This document shows, piece after piece, positions 11,253 through 20,539 of a stretch of 64,000 nucleotides of DNA. The first letter of the stretch is position 1; each line of letters starts with the position of its first letter. The notes below the pieces were generated by a model. The model was not told where the DNA came from. It did not search any database and worked only from the letters and a program-made list of their open reading frames with translations. This DNA comes from Candidatus Azotimanducaceae bacterium. GTDB taxonomy: Bacteria > Pseudomonadota > Gammaproteobacteria > Pseudomonadales > Azotimanducaceae. The stretch covers positions 1,480,415 to 1,544,414 of the forward strand of contig OZ251530.1 in assembly GCA_965243095.1 (NCBI GenBank), written 5' to 3'. Position numbers and translations under genes: made by a program.

Positions 11253-12098
11253 CTAGGGGCCCGGCCAAGGTTCGTCCTTCACGGTGTACGCGCCGAACAT
11301 GCCTTCGAGAATGTCGTCGTGGGCTTGTTTCCAACGGTCTTTCGCGCCCGCAGAGTGGGAGAGCTTGTCCCAAACGCGCACCCAGAAGACGCAGGGATAG
11401 CTACGCACTTGGGCGTTCTTGCCGGCTTGGCTTACCGGTTCGAGATGTTTCCGCAGCGCGGCGTTGTCGAGCGGGGTGCCGTAGGGGATGGTGCCTAGGC
11501 GGAGGTCCGCGGCCTCGACCGCGTAGGGCCGCTTGCTGTCGTTCGCAGCGCCGCCCGGTGGCGTTTGCGTGCGCAGCACGACGAAGTGTTGGTCTAACAC
11601 CGCGACGTTGAACGTGTAGTAGGGCTTCTCGCGTGTTCCACCCTTGCCGTCCGACACCTCGCGGTACCAGCATGGCGGATTGTGGCCTTTTTGCAGCAGT
11701 CGCAGGCGTTGCTCGGCTTCCGCCTTCTGCGCATCGAGTTCGCGCAGTTTCTCCGTAAGTCGCTTGGTTGCGTCGCCCGCGCCTTGTTCCTGCAAAGCGT
11801 CACGCAACATTTCGGTTTCTCGTTCCGCTCGTTCTTTCTCCCGCTGCAATTGTTCTTTGCGTTGACGTAGCGTTCGAATTTCCTCTGGCGTCTTGAATTC
11901 CTCCATTGGGCCGCGCCATTCCTCCAAACGATCCTCCGCCACTTCGAGGCGATCTTGGGTTTCGGTCAGCTCGGTTTCTTTGGCGCGCGACCATGCCAGG
12001 GCGGCGATCAAGATCAGAAACAGCAACAGCAGGAAGATCTCCGCAACGGTGAGGCCCAGCACCACGCCGCGGCGATAGCCGTCAGCGCGTTCGTCCAT
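11253..12098 (-). CDS. single-pass membrane protein, TolR/ExbD/MotB-like N-terminal anchor + coiled coil + unknown C-terminal domain
   Basis: The N-terminal TM helix has an acidic residue near its start (GLTVAEIFLLLLFLILIAALA; compare TolR IVPLLDVLLVLLLIFM). About 110 aa of charged heptad-like sequence follows (ETELTETQDRLEVAEDRLEE...EAEQRLRLLQ). The last ~150 aa form a Cys-containing domain with no OmpA/PG-binding motif. It overlaps the upstream gene by 17 nt. Confidence 0.8.
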   Translation of the reverse strand: MDERADGYRRGVVLGLTVAEIFLLLLFLILIAALAWSRAKETELTETQDRLEVAEDRLEEWRGPMEEFKTPEEIRTLRQRKEQLQREKERAERETEMLRDALQEQGAGDATKRLTEKLRELDAQKAEAEQRLRLLQKGHNPPCWYREVSDGKGGTREKPYYTFNVAVLDQHFVVLRTQTPPGGAANDSKRPYAVEAADLRLGTIPYGTPLDNAALRKHLEPVSQAGKNAQVRSYPCVFWVRVWDKLSHSAGAKDRWKQAHDDILEGMFGAYTVKDEPWPGP

Positions 12099-13299
12099 CG
12101 ATCACTGTTGGCGCGGTGGCGGCAAACGATCCGTCCGTGGCCAGCGCGTGTTCCACGCCTTGCTTGACGCGCTCCGCCTCGTTCTGCAACTGCTCGCGCA
12201 GCTCCTGCGTGGCAGCGGCAAGCTCCGCAAGGGAACGCAGCGCGGCCGCATGGGTTTCGTTTGCGCTGGCCATCAGAGTTCGATGGGCGTTTGCGACTTC
12301 CAAGCCGTTGTCGCGCACGGTGGTTGCGGTGTTGCTTGCCGTTGCGCCGAGACCGGCAACTTGATCGCGCGTTGCCGCCAACGCGGCGGCGAGGTCGCCG
12401 AGGGTGTTGTTGGCGGCGGCCAATCCGCGCAACGTCGCCTGCAATTCCTGCTCGCTGGCTTGCAGCCGCGCCGTGGCGGCCTGCGCGCTTTCGGCGACGC
12501 GGTCGGCGAGATTTCGCCAAACGGCATCGGTTCGAGTGGTGGCCTGCGCGACGCTCTGGTCGATGTTGTCCACCAATTGCCGCCCGGCTTCGCGTAGGGA
12601 TTCGCCGGCGACTTGCCATGTTCGCGCGGTGTCGTCCAAGCCGTGCTCCGCCACCTTGGTGACATGGCCATTGAACTCTTCGATCAAGGCCGCGGTGTGT
12701 ACCTTGACGTGATCGGCGTGGCTGAGCGCGGTGCGCGTGAAGTGCGCGAACGCGTTGGTGGCTTCGCGCAGCGTTCGGCGCAGCTCTTTCGCGTCCTCCA
12801 CCGCCGCGCGGGCTTCGTCGCGCAGCCCTTGTTCCCACAGCCTTTGCTCGGAGGTGAGTGGAACAGGGGCGTCCGTCGCCGAGTCGCCTCCTTCCGCCGC
12901 CGCGGCGTCCTCGGCCTTCTCGTCGTCCGTGTCCAGCAGCAGGATGCGGAAGAAAATGCCTGCCACGGTGGAGACCAGCGCGATGCCAAAACTGCCGATC
13001 AAGTCTTCCACCTGCTCGGCGCCCTGATCGCCGCGGACGACGAACAGGTCGATGAGCGTGTAGATCAACGACACCAACGTGAGCAACAGCCCCAAGTAGT
13101 AGACGTCATCGGCGGCGCGGTCGCGGCTCTTGACGCGCTTCTTCTTGTAGTGGCGATACAGCAGGAACACGGCCAAAACCGCGAAACCGGCCGCGAAGAC
13201 CGCCCCGGTTGTTGGGTCGTGGTGCGCGCCGAGGCGGCAAGCAATGATGAACGCCGCGCCCACCAGAACAGCGGTCAACAGCGGCGATGCCGTTTTCAC
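12082..13299 (-). CDS. MotA/TolQ/ExbB-like four-TM protein with ~270-aa coiled-coil tail (ZorA-like architecture)
   Basis: Four N-terminal TM helices. The last two carry YYLGLLLTLVSLIYTL and LIGSFGIALVSTVAGIFFRILLL (compare TolQ GIAEALIATAIGLFAAIP). An Ala/Leu/Thr/Arg/Glu-rich helical tail follows. The GTG at 13299 overlaps the upstream stop (GTGA); the track start is TTG 13356. Confidence 0.8.
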   Translation of the reverse strand: MKTASPLLTAVLVGAAFIIACRLGAHHDPTTGAVFAAGFAVLAVFLLYRHYKKKRVKSRDRAADDVYYLGLLLTLVSLIYTLIDLFVVRGDQGAEQVEDLIGSFGIALVSTVAGIFFRILLLDTDDEKAEDAAAAEGGDSATDAPVPLTSEQRLWEQGLRDEARAAVEDAKELRRTLREATNAFAHFTRTALSHADHVKVHTAALIEEFNGHVTKVAEHGLDDTARTWQVAGESLREAGRQLVDNIDQSVAQATTRTDAVWRNLADRVAESAQAATARLQASEQELQATLRGLAAANNTLGDLAAALAATRDQVAGLGATASNTATTVRDNGLEVANAHRTLMASANETHAAALRSLAELAAATQELREQLQNEAERVKQGVEHALATDGSFAATAPTVIDGRTR

Positions 13300-14057
13300 A
13301 GGGACTGCTGCCACACGATCCGGCCGCTGAGCGAACCGACCAGCTCGGTCCACCAATAGTAGTGTTCCTTGGTTTGCCAGCGCGCTTCGCGGCTGCGTTC
13401 CAAGCGGTACAGGCTGACGTCCACTCCGGTCAAGTCCGTGCGTAGTGCGCGAGGGATCGCTTTCGGCTTGGGATACGGCCCGTAGTGCGAGAGATCGTCG
13501 CTGTGTTGCAGCAGATCCGAGAACACCACCAAATGGCTTCGCCCGGCCTTCCCCCCGCCTAAGCGGACGCTGGGCACATGGCGAGCAACCACCACGCCGA
13601 TGGTTTCAAGGATGGGCGAACGCGATCGCCCGGTGTTCGCCTCGATTTCGCTGAACAGCCCTTCAATGAGCTCGTCGAAACGCCGCCACCGTCGCATGTC
13701 CAACGCCCGGCCGCGCCACAATCCATCCCACCAGCGGTACTCGTCTGGATGCCCGCCCGGGTTGCAGACCTTCAACAACGGCTTGTCCGCGCCCGCGGCA
13801 ACGTCGTAGACGAACAACGCTTCGCTGGGCGCCACCCGGTGTTCGTGGTCGGCGCTTTGCAGTTCGCCCACCATCCGCCGCAGTTCCGCCCGGTGCTTGT
13901 CGCTGAGCGGATCCGAGGTGTCGAGCAACAACACCGTGTTGCGCGTTGGCGCGCCGCTGCGCGGGCACAAGTCCGCATCCAGCCGGGCGCGGTCGCAAGC
14001 GACGCCGCCAAACAGCAGCGCAGCGCATGGCAGCGCAAGCACGGCTCGGGATCTCAC
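13296..14057 (-). CDS. secreted (possibly lipidated) alpha/beta protein, tentative vWA/Rossmann-like fold
   Basis: GTG start 5 nt after the upstream stop. The signal peptide is MRSRAVLALPCAALLFGGVAC. Strand-like motifs NTVLLLDTSDPLS and SHLVVFSDLLQHSD are present. No family was recognised with certainty. Confidence 0.7.
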   Translation of the reverse strand: MRSRAVLALPCAALLFGGVACDRARLDADLCPRSGAPTRNTVLLLDTSDPLSDKHRAELRRMVGELQSADHEHRVAPSEALFVYDVAAGADKPLLKVCNPGGHPDEYRWWDGLWRGRALDMRRWRRFDELIEGLFSEIEANTGRSRSPILETIGVVVARHVPSVRLGGGKAGRSHLVVFSDLLQHSDDLSHYGPYPKPKAIPRALRTDLTGVDVSLYRLERSREARWQTKEHYYWWTELVGSLSGRIVWQQSL

Positions 14058-14062
14058 GTCAT

Positions 14063-15517
14063 TTACGCCGCCGTGCGGATGGAGTCGAGCCCGTCCTTGA
14101 TCACGGCTTCCAACGGTCGGTGTTTTTTGCGCGCTGCACGGTACGCGGTCTGCAACTCCTCAATGGCGCCGTGTACTTTTTCGGCGACGCCGCTGATGCT
14201 GGTCTCCTCCGGCGGTTGGAAACTCGGCGGCTGCAAGATTTCTTCGTCCACACGTTCTTGCCGCTCGAAATGCGGCGGGGGAGGTGCCGAGCGAGCGGCC
14301 AAGTTCGCGGTGCGGTACGCGGCAAGCAGGAAGTTCAAGTCGAGCTGGTATTGCCCGAGGTTCGTGGAGTAGTCGCTCACCAAGTGATCCGCGCGCTTGC
14401 AAATCTCCCGCCAAGCGCTCTGCTTCACCGTGAGTTTGTGGCGCATATCCAGCAGTTCGGATTGGAACTGCTCGTACTTTCTTTTCACGCCGTCTTGCGC
14501 TACGCCATACGCTTGCGCGTAGTCCTCCTTGATGTCGTCCAACTGCCGGTGCCGGCGACCGTACTCCGGGTATGCGTCGTCGCGTTGAAACCACTTCCAA
14601 GCGCCCACCGCGAAGCAGAGGATGCCGAGCAGCACCAGCAAGACGGTTTGGAAAGACGCCAGTTCCAAGGGCCCGGCAAGCAACCGTTCAACGACGTCGC
14701 CGCCCATGGCCAGAACGTCCGCGTCTGGGTCGTCCACCGACGCCTGCATGCTGTTGCGAAAGTGGCCAACCGCCAAGTTGAAGGCGAACACCAAGGCGAT
14801 CACCGAGGCGATTCCCAACCAAGACGCGACCTTCCGCATCGTAGCGCGATGGTTACTTTGCCGCAGCAGCGACCCCATGACGAGGCCGAGAAACAGCACG
14901 TTGACGGCGCTGATGAGGCCCATCTGCATCGTGGAGCCGAGCAGACCAAACGGATTGACGTCCATCAGAAGCGAAGCGTTGAGAATGACCTCAATGAACG
15001 CGCAACCGAAAACAAACCACAGCGCTTTGGCGCGATGCGAATAGTCCACCAGTCTTGTCAGCCGCTCGCGCGTTCGGAAGCGCTCGAACTCGGAGGCGCC
15101 GGTGGACACGGCTTCCTCTTTGTCCACCAGCGCGGTGCGGCCGGCGTCCACCATGCGCTCCAATTCGATCTCAGCGTCCTGCCGCAACTCGCCCACGCGG
15201 TCCTCGAGTATCCGCAGCTCCGCGTCATCCTCCATGTCCGCCAGCTCGCGTTCCAAGTCCGACAAAAACCCGGCGACGTTCTGCCGGCACACGCGGCCGC
15301 GGCGGTTCACCCAGTCCACGATCTGCGCTTCGACGGCGTCCAAGGCGTCTTCCTCGCCAGCCGGCTGATTCTCGCCGCCACGCCGGGCGCCCTCCTTCTC
15401 TACGCCGTGGTCCGCGAGCCACTTCTTCAAGTCGAGCTGGACGTACTTCTCGGCGACCGGATCGAAGCCGGGGAGATTGTCCCAAGCGTTGGCGGTCTTA
15501 TCGGCGCTGCTCGGCAT
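14063..15517 (-). CDS. membrane protein: N-terminal coiled coil, four TM helices, C-terminal coiled coil (unknown family)
   Basis: The ATG at 15517 (MPSSADKTANAWDNLPGFDP) is taken as the start. The upstream part of the 650-aa track ORF is Arg-rich and antisense-frame to the Sel1 gene. Acidic helical segments (LERELADMEDDAELRILEDRVGELRQDAEIELERM) flank four hydrophobic helices. Confidence 0.75.
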   Translation of the reverse strand: MPSSADKTANAWDNLPGFDPVAEKYVQLDLKKWLADHGVEKEGARRGGENQPAGEEDALDAVEAQIVDWVNRRGRVCRQNVAGFLSDLERELADMEDDAELRILEDRVGELRQDAEIELERMVDAGRTALVDKEEAVSTGASEFERFRTRERLTRLVDYSHRAKALWFVFGCAFIEVILNASLLMDVNPFGLLGSTMQMGLISAVNVLFLGLVMGSLLRQSNHRATMRKVASWLGIASVIALVFAFNLAVGHFRNSMQASVDDPDADVLAMGGDVVERLLAGPLELASFQTVLLVLLGILCFAVGAWKWFQRDDAYPEYGRRHRQLDDIKEDYAQAYGVAQDGVKRKYEQFQSELLDMRHKLTVKQSAWREICKRADHLVSDYSTNLGQYQLDLNFLLAAYRTANLAARSAPPPPHFERQERVDEEILQPPSFQPPEETSISGVAEKVHGAIEELQTAYRAARKKHRPLEAVIKDGLDSIRTAA

Positions 15518-15564
15518 GGCAGGGGAGTCGGGCGTGGAATGGCGTGTACGGCTTGGTGCGCCGC

Positions 15565-16905
15565 TCAAGGAACCAGTTGACCGCTGAGATTCTCCGCCTC
15601 GGTGATTTCGCTTGCGGTCATTAGTGTGCGCAAAGAGGCGCGCTCCTCCTCGGCATTTTCGTGTTGTTGCGCCGCGGCGAGCGTGAGCCACGCATAAGAC
15701 TGCACCAAGTCCTCGGCGACGCCTTCTCCACTGGCATACATCTTTCCCAATTTGTGCTGGGCGGGCGCGAATCCCTGCTCGGCGGATTTCCGGAACCACG
15801 AGGCGGCTTTGCGATAGTCCTTCCCGACGCCTTGTGCGTTGGCGTACATGAACGCCAAGTTGTGTTGGGCTTGCGCCATGCCTTGGGCAGCGGCTTTGCG
15901 GTACCACCTTGCGGCTTCGCGGTAGTCCTTCCGAACGCCTTCGCCGTTGGCGTACATCACTCCGAGGTTGTGCTGAGCTTGCGCGAGCCCTTGTTCGGCG
16001 GCTTTGCGAAACCACCGGCTGGCTTCGCTGTCGTCCTGCGGAACGCCTTGGCCGGTTGCGTAGGAGTTGGCCAGGTTGAACTGCGCTTCCGGTTCGCCCG
16101 CTTCCGCGGCTTCGCGATAGCGGCGAATTTGATCGGCGGCCCAGGCGCGCAAGCTCTGTTTTGCTTCCGCGTGTCCTTGTTTGGAGGCCTCAAGGTACCA
16201 GCGCGCGGCTTCGTAGCGGTTCTTCGGAACACCTTCGCCGTTGGTATACAGGTCGCCAAGCCGGTGTTGAGCGGCGGCGAATCCCTGCTCGGCGGATTTG
16301 CGGAACCATCGTGCGGATTCTTCGACATCCTTGGGCACTCCTTCGCCGTTGGCGTACACGAGACCCAAGCTGTATTGCGCCATCGCGAGTCCCTGCTCGG
16401 CGGCCTTGCGGAACCACCGCACCGCTTCCTGATCGTCTTGCGCAACGCCACGTCCGTGGGCGTACATGAACCCCAGATTGTGCTGCGCTGGCGCGTGCCC
16501 CTGCTCAGCGGATTTGCGGAACCAGCGCACCGCCTCTTGATCATCCTTGGTGACGCCAGCGCCCTCGGCGTACCTAACGCCCAGGTTGTGCTGGGCTTGC
16601 GCGTCGCCCCGCGGGGCGGTGTCGCGGAGCTGGGCGGACTCGCGGGCGTCCTTCGGAACGCTCTCGTCCTTTTGCTCCGCCGCTTCCGAGGCGCTCCGGC
16701 CCGTGGGTTGGGGCTCGGCAGGACGCGGACCTCGGGCTTCCGCGCCAGCGGCAAGAGTAGCTTGCAGCCCAAGCTCGCCAGCAAACAGCGCGGCACCCGC
16801 CAGCCACGCCACGGTTCTGCGCCGGCGGGGTGCCTCGCGACCGTCTGAGCGACGCCCAGCCTGTGGGCCGGACAAACCCCGTTCTTCAGCGTCCATGGCG
16901 GCCAC
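15565..16905 (-). CDS. secreted Sel1-like repeat (SLR/TPR-family) protein
   Basis: Signal-like segment VAWLAGAALFAGELGLQATLAAGAEA, then ~9 tandem 36-aa Sel1 repeats (AQHNLGxMYAxGxGVxxDxxEAxRWFRKAAEQG). Confidence 0.9.
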   Translation of the reverse strand: MAAMDAEERGLSGPQAGRRSDGREAPRRRRTVAWLAGAALFAGELGLQATLAAGAEARGPRPAEPQPTGRSASEAAEQKDESVPKDARESAQLRDTAPRGDAQAQHNLGVRYAEGAGVTKDDQEAVRWFRKSAEQGHAPAQHNLGFMYAHGRGVAQDDQEAVRWFRKAAEQGLAMAQYSLGLVYANGEGVPKDVEESARWFRKSAEQGFAAAQHRLGDLYTNGEGVPKNRYEAARWYLEASKQGHAEAKQSLRAWAADQIRRYREAAEAGEPEAQFNLANSYATGQGVPQDDSEASRWFRKAAEQGLAQAQHNLGVMYANGEGVRKDYREAARWYRKAAAQGMAQAQHNLAFMYANAQGVGKDYRKAASWFRKSAEQGFAPAQHKLGKMYASGEGVAEDLVQSYAWLTLAAAQQHENAEEERASLRTLMTASEITEAENLSGQLVP

Positions 16906-16938
16906 CTTAGCACGATCGCAACCGCTGCTTTCGTGTTC

Positions 16939-19900
16939 CTACCCGGTTGCGGGGCACGAGGTTGCTCGTTTGGGTTGACGTGCGAGGGTGTCCGTGGTGG
17001 CGTCCGTGCCCACGCTGGAAGCCTGACGACTGGCGCGGAGCGCCTTGAAGGCCGCACGCGTGTCCGCGTCGGCCGGCTGCCAGCGGATGGCGTCGGCGAT
17101 GACGCGGGCGCCTTCCGTTTGGTTGGTGATGTGTACTTGCACGGTGCCGGAACGGAGGTCGAAATCCGCGACGGGGTTCCAACCGGCGGTTGCGGCGGCG
17201 GCGTCGAACGGCACGCTCCGACTGCGTTCGCCATCGTACACTTCAATGTTCAAGGTGCCGTGGCGCTCCCGTCCAAGCCCCCCGTACGGCGCGAAAATGC
17301 CGCTGAACTTGCGCCCGGGCAGGTGGTATTCCAAGCGCCAGCGTCCGGCGGCGAGGGCGGCCGGGAACACTGCCCGATGGCGGCCAGCGCCGGCGGGCGT
17401 CCACGCGAGGGTCTGCCGGTAGCGCCCCCATGCCCAAGGTGTGGCGGCGCGATACCACCGGCGTTGGGCGGGGCCGTGCAACAGGATTGGAAGGCCCGCG
17501 TCGCGGAACTCGTTCGCCTCGGTCAGCGTACGCCAACGGCGGGCCAACGCATCCACCAAGTACCCCGCGCCGCTGGGGTTGTCGTCGAACCGCGCTTCCA
17601 GATCGTCCACGACAATGCCGGCCTCCGGTTCGTCTGGCCAGGCAATGGGCCTCGCGCCGACAAAGGGCTCGGCCGGCACCGCGTTCTCGAAATCGAAGTC
17701 GGGCACCGGCAGATGGACGTGCTCGCGGTTCAAGGAGTAGAAGGGATCGACCGAGACGCCGGTGGGCGGATCCGCCGCCAACATCCCCAACTCCAAGGCA
17801 GCGCAACCGGGCACGGCAATCGGCTTGCCGATGAAATAGAAGTTCTGCACATGCGTGTCCGCATGGTAGCGCATTAGCACGAGGCCATCGGCCGGCTCGG
17901 CGTTTTGTACACGTAGCGTCACTTGGTAGCGCGGCGATCCGTCCTCGGCGTCGGGCAACCGAAAGGCTCTGGGCCGTGAGAACAGGAACCCGGGCGCTTG
18001 GGTGGCTTGCAGGTACTTTGCGATGTGTACTTCGGCGCCTTGGCGCTGCGCCGCTGCCTCCACGTCTTGGGCGTGGAACGCGGTACGCTGACGCAATTCG
18101 GCGAACACGGCAGTAGCGTTTCCGAGTTCGGCGTTCAGTTGATCGCCCAGCGCGTTCGCCTTGCGCACGAATGCCGATAGGGTGCGCGGGTGCGCTGTCG
18201 GATCCGCGTGGTCAAGCGGCACGCCTTCCGCCCACTCCCACTTCACGCTGCGCCGGTGCAGCATGGCGTGGCGAACGGGCGCCGTGTCGGCGACGATTGC
18301 GCCCAGCACCGGCAAGCTCTCGGCGGAGGCGAAGGAATGCCCTAGGAAGTCGTCCGCGCCCCCACCGAACCATTTTCCCACCGCCCGCTTTGCCGCTTCT
18401 TCCATGAGCAAGCGGAACGCGTAGCTTCCGGTCGCGTGGACTTGCAGCCCGAAGAGATGTTGATGCGTGGTGGCCAAGGGATTGCCGCCCATGAAGTCTT
18501 GGTCAAAATACCGGCGTACTTCGCCGAGGCGCCCATCGTCGTTCCAGTCCCACTTCCTGACGGTGGAGAAAGCGTACTCGCGCAAGAGCGCCATGGCCGG
18601 CAGCGCGGTATTCGCGTTCGTGTACACGCTGCCGTAAGTGCGCAAGCGTCCGGGCACTTCAGCCAAGTGGAACACATCGTGGGGAAACACATGGCCTTGT
18701 GCGTTGGCGTTGCGCAGCCCGAATGCCACGGACGCCTTCAACTCGGCAATGGCGTCGGCGTCGTATGCGTGGAAGGGCGCCATGTGGCGCGGGTGCAGGA
18801 AGACCGTGAACTGGACATCGCCGATTCGCGTGGAGCGGCGCTCGAACGGGGCGGCAAAGACGGCAGCCTGAGACACTGGTGCCGACGTGTACACATGAAA
18901 CCAAGAGCTATCGCCGTGCCCCGACTCGCGGGGCAGGGGTTTGGCCCGACCGGGCGCCACGACCAGCCAACCCGAGGGAACGCCAATCTCCAGTTCCAAG
19001 TGGAAGAAACCCGTGTCAGGCGATGCGGCTCCGTCCTCCGGGTAGTTGGCGCCGGGCAAGGGCAGCCAGCGAGTCGATGGCATGAGCGCGACGTAGTCAT
19101 TCTCGAACAGCGACGCTTCGGTGCCGAGGATATGCAATCGGCTCTCCGCGAGACTTCGTTCGCCGGCATCCAACACGCTGTCCAAGTACGCGAAACGCTC
19201 GATCGGCACACCGGCGGCGTGCACCGTCAACACCAAGCCCTCTCGCGTGGGAGGCGGCGCGGAACCGCCTGCCAATCGCACCTTGAGCAGGCCGTGCTCG
19301 TGGCGAAAAGATACCTCCCGACCGTCGACCAGAACACTCTCAACCACTAGACCGGGGTTGAGGCTCAACATGATCTCATCCGATGGTTCGTCTGGTGGGC
19401 GAACCAAGTGCAAATCCACCGCCAACTCGAGCTCGCCCGGCGTGATGACGACGCGGCCGGCGATGCGCTGCAGATCCGCCCGCGGTTCGTTGCGCAGGCT
19501 CTTGTGGACGGCGGCCCATTGTTCGCGCTCGCGCCAATCGGTGCGCTGTTGCTCCGCCAGTGCGATCCCGCACGCCAGACCGCTGCTGGCCAACACCGCG
19601 CCCAGCAAAACGCGCACCCGCCGCCGCGTCGCATCCGGCCGCGGATACGCCGCCGCCGCGATGAAGAGCAAGCCGCCAGCCACGACGAGCAGCGCAACCC
19701 GGTGTATCCACGCTTGCGCGTCCACGCCGCGCGGCGCGAGATCCGAGGCGATGGCGGCGGCATCGCCCACGGTCGAGATCAGCGCCAACATGCCAAGCGG
19801 CGTGTGGTACAGCGCCCAGCCTTGGAGTCCAAGCAACGCCAAGGCGATCAGAGCGGCCAGCCAGCGCCCAAGCACGGCGGCCAAGGCGATGGCCAACGCG

Positions 19901-20400
19901 CTCCAGAACGCCACTGCCGTTGGCGCATCGACAAAGGCGAAAGTTGCCAAAGACCACGGCTCGAAAGCCAGCACCGCGCCTTCGCCGTAACTGTCGATCC
20001 ACGCCGCGCCCACGGTCAGGGCGCTGTAGAGCGCGGCCATCAACCAGCCGAGCAGCAACAAGGCCGTGAAGCGACCGGCAACCAACGCCAAGTTCGAACA
20101 CGGCCGGCTGTGCAGCGCGTCCGCGATTCCCTCGCGCCGGTGGCGTGCGTCGGCATCGCTCGCGATCAGCACCAGCCCCAAGAGCAGCACGCCCAACACC
20201 ACCGCGCCGATGCCGTGCGCCAACAGCCGCGGCGGCACCGAGTTGGGGTTGAAGGCGGCGTAGTGGCGAATCGAAAGGTGGAGGAACATCGCCATGCCGG
20301 CGCCAACGGCGAACACCGCTAGGAGCCAGACGCGCGCGCCTCGGATGAGCGACCGCGCCTCGGCGCGCGCCATGACGAACGTCTCCACCTGTCGATCCAC
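16939..20400 (-). CDS. large multi-pass membrane protein with big extracytoplasmic region and golvesin-like C-terminal domain
   Basis: 1153-aa ORF with ~7 N-terminal hydrophobic helices (ABC-2-permease-like topology, speculative). The long soluble region has no HEXXH motif. The C-terminus (GRWRLEYHLPGR...VQVHITNQTEGARVIADAIRWQPA) resembles the golvesin/Xly carbohydrate-binding-like module. Confidence 0.8.
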   Translation of the reverse strand: MDRQVETFVMARAEARSLIRGARVWLLAVFAVGAGMAMFLHLSIRHYAAFNPNSVPPRLLAHGIGAVVLGVLLLGLVLIASDADARHRREGIADALHSRPCSNLALVAGRFTALLLLGWLMAALYSALTVGAAWIDSYGEGAVLAFEPWSLATFAFVDAPTAVAFWSALAIALAAVLGRWLAALIALALLGLQGWALYHTPLGMLALISTVGDAAAIASDLAPRGVDAQAWIHRVALLVVAGGLLFIAAAAYPRPDATRRRVRVLLGAVLASSGLACGIALAEQQRTDWREREQWAAVHKSLRNEPRADLQRIAGRVVITPGELELAVDLHLVRPPDEPSDEIMLSLNPGLVVESVLVDGREVSFRHEHGLLKVRLAGGSAPPPTREGLVLTVHAAGVPIERFAYLDSVLDAGERSLAESRLHILGTEASLFENDYVALMPSTRWLPLPGANYPEDGAASPDTGFFHLELEIGVPSGWLVVAPGRAKPLPRESGHGDSSWFHVYTSAPVSQAAVFAAPFERRSTRIGDVQFTVFLHPRHMAPFHAYDADAIAELKASVAFGLRNANAQGHVFPHDVFHLAEVPGRLRTYGSVYTNANTALPAMALLREYAFSTVRKWDWNDDGRLGEVRRYFDQDFMGGNPLATTHQHLFGLQVHATGSYAFRLLMEEAAKRAVGKWFGGGADDFLGHSFASAESLPVLGAIVADTAPVRHAMLHRRSVKWEWAEGVPLDHADPTAHPRTLSAFVRKANALGDQLNAELGNATAVFAELRQRTAFHAQDVEAAAQRQGAEVHIAKYLQATQAPGFLFSRPRAFRLPDAEDGSPRYQVTLRVQNAEPADGLVLMRYHADTHVQNFYFIGKPIAVPGCAALELGMLAADPPTGVSVDPFYSLNREHVHLPVPDFDFENAVPAEPFVGARPIAWPDEPEAGIVVDDLEARFDDNPSGAGYLVDALARRWRTLTEANEFRDAGLPILLHGPAQRRWYRAATPWAWGRYRQTLAWTPAGAGRHRAVFPAALAAGRWRLEYHLPGRKFSGIFAPYGGLGRERHGTLNIEVYDGERSRSVPFDAAAATAGWNPVADFDLRSGTVQVHITNQTEGARVIADAIRWQPADADTRAAFKALRASRQASSVGTDATTDTLARQPKRATSCPATG

Positions 20401-20539
20401 TACTTGCTGCGGTAAGTGGGCACCACGCTTTTCCCTTCATCCTTTAGGCGCTTGAACACGCCCAAAGGTTCATTTTTTTCGTAGGCCTAGGGCTAGCCGG
20501 CGAGACGGGTTGGCGAACCCGCGGCCCCGACGCCGCCAA

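Noticed and set aside
16939-20400. M1-family aminopeptidase assignment for the 1153-aa membrane protein (fusions of an ABC-2 permease with peptidase M1 exist).
   Set aside because: No HEXXH-E zinc motif or GAMEN exopeptidase motif was found by eye in the soluble region, so a peptidase call is unsupported.
20441-20479. Hairpin CCTTTAGGCG-N8-CGCCCAAAGG followed by TTCATTTTTTT, resembling an intrinsic terminator.
   Set aside because: The T-run is on the plus strand, but both flanking genes are on the minus strand. On the minus strand the hairpin is followed by purine-rich sequence. It may be a bidirectional or vestigial element, and I cannot assign it to a gene.
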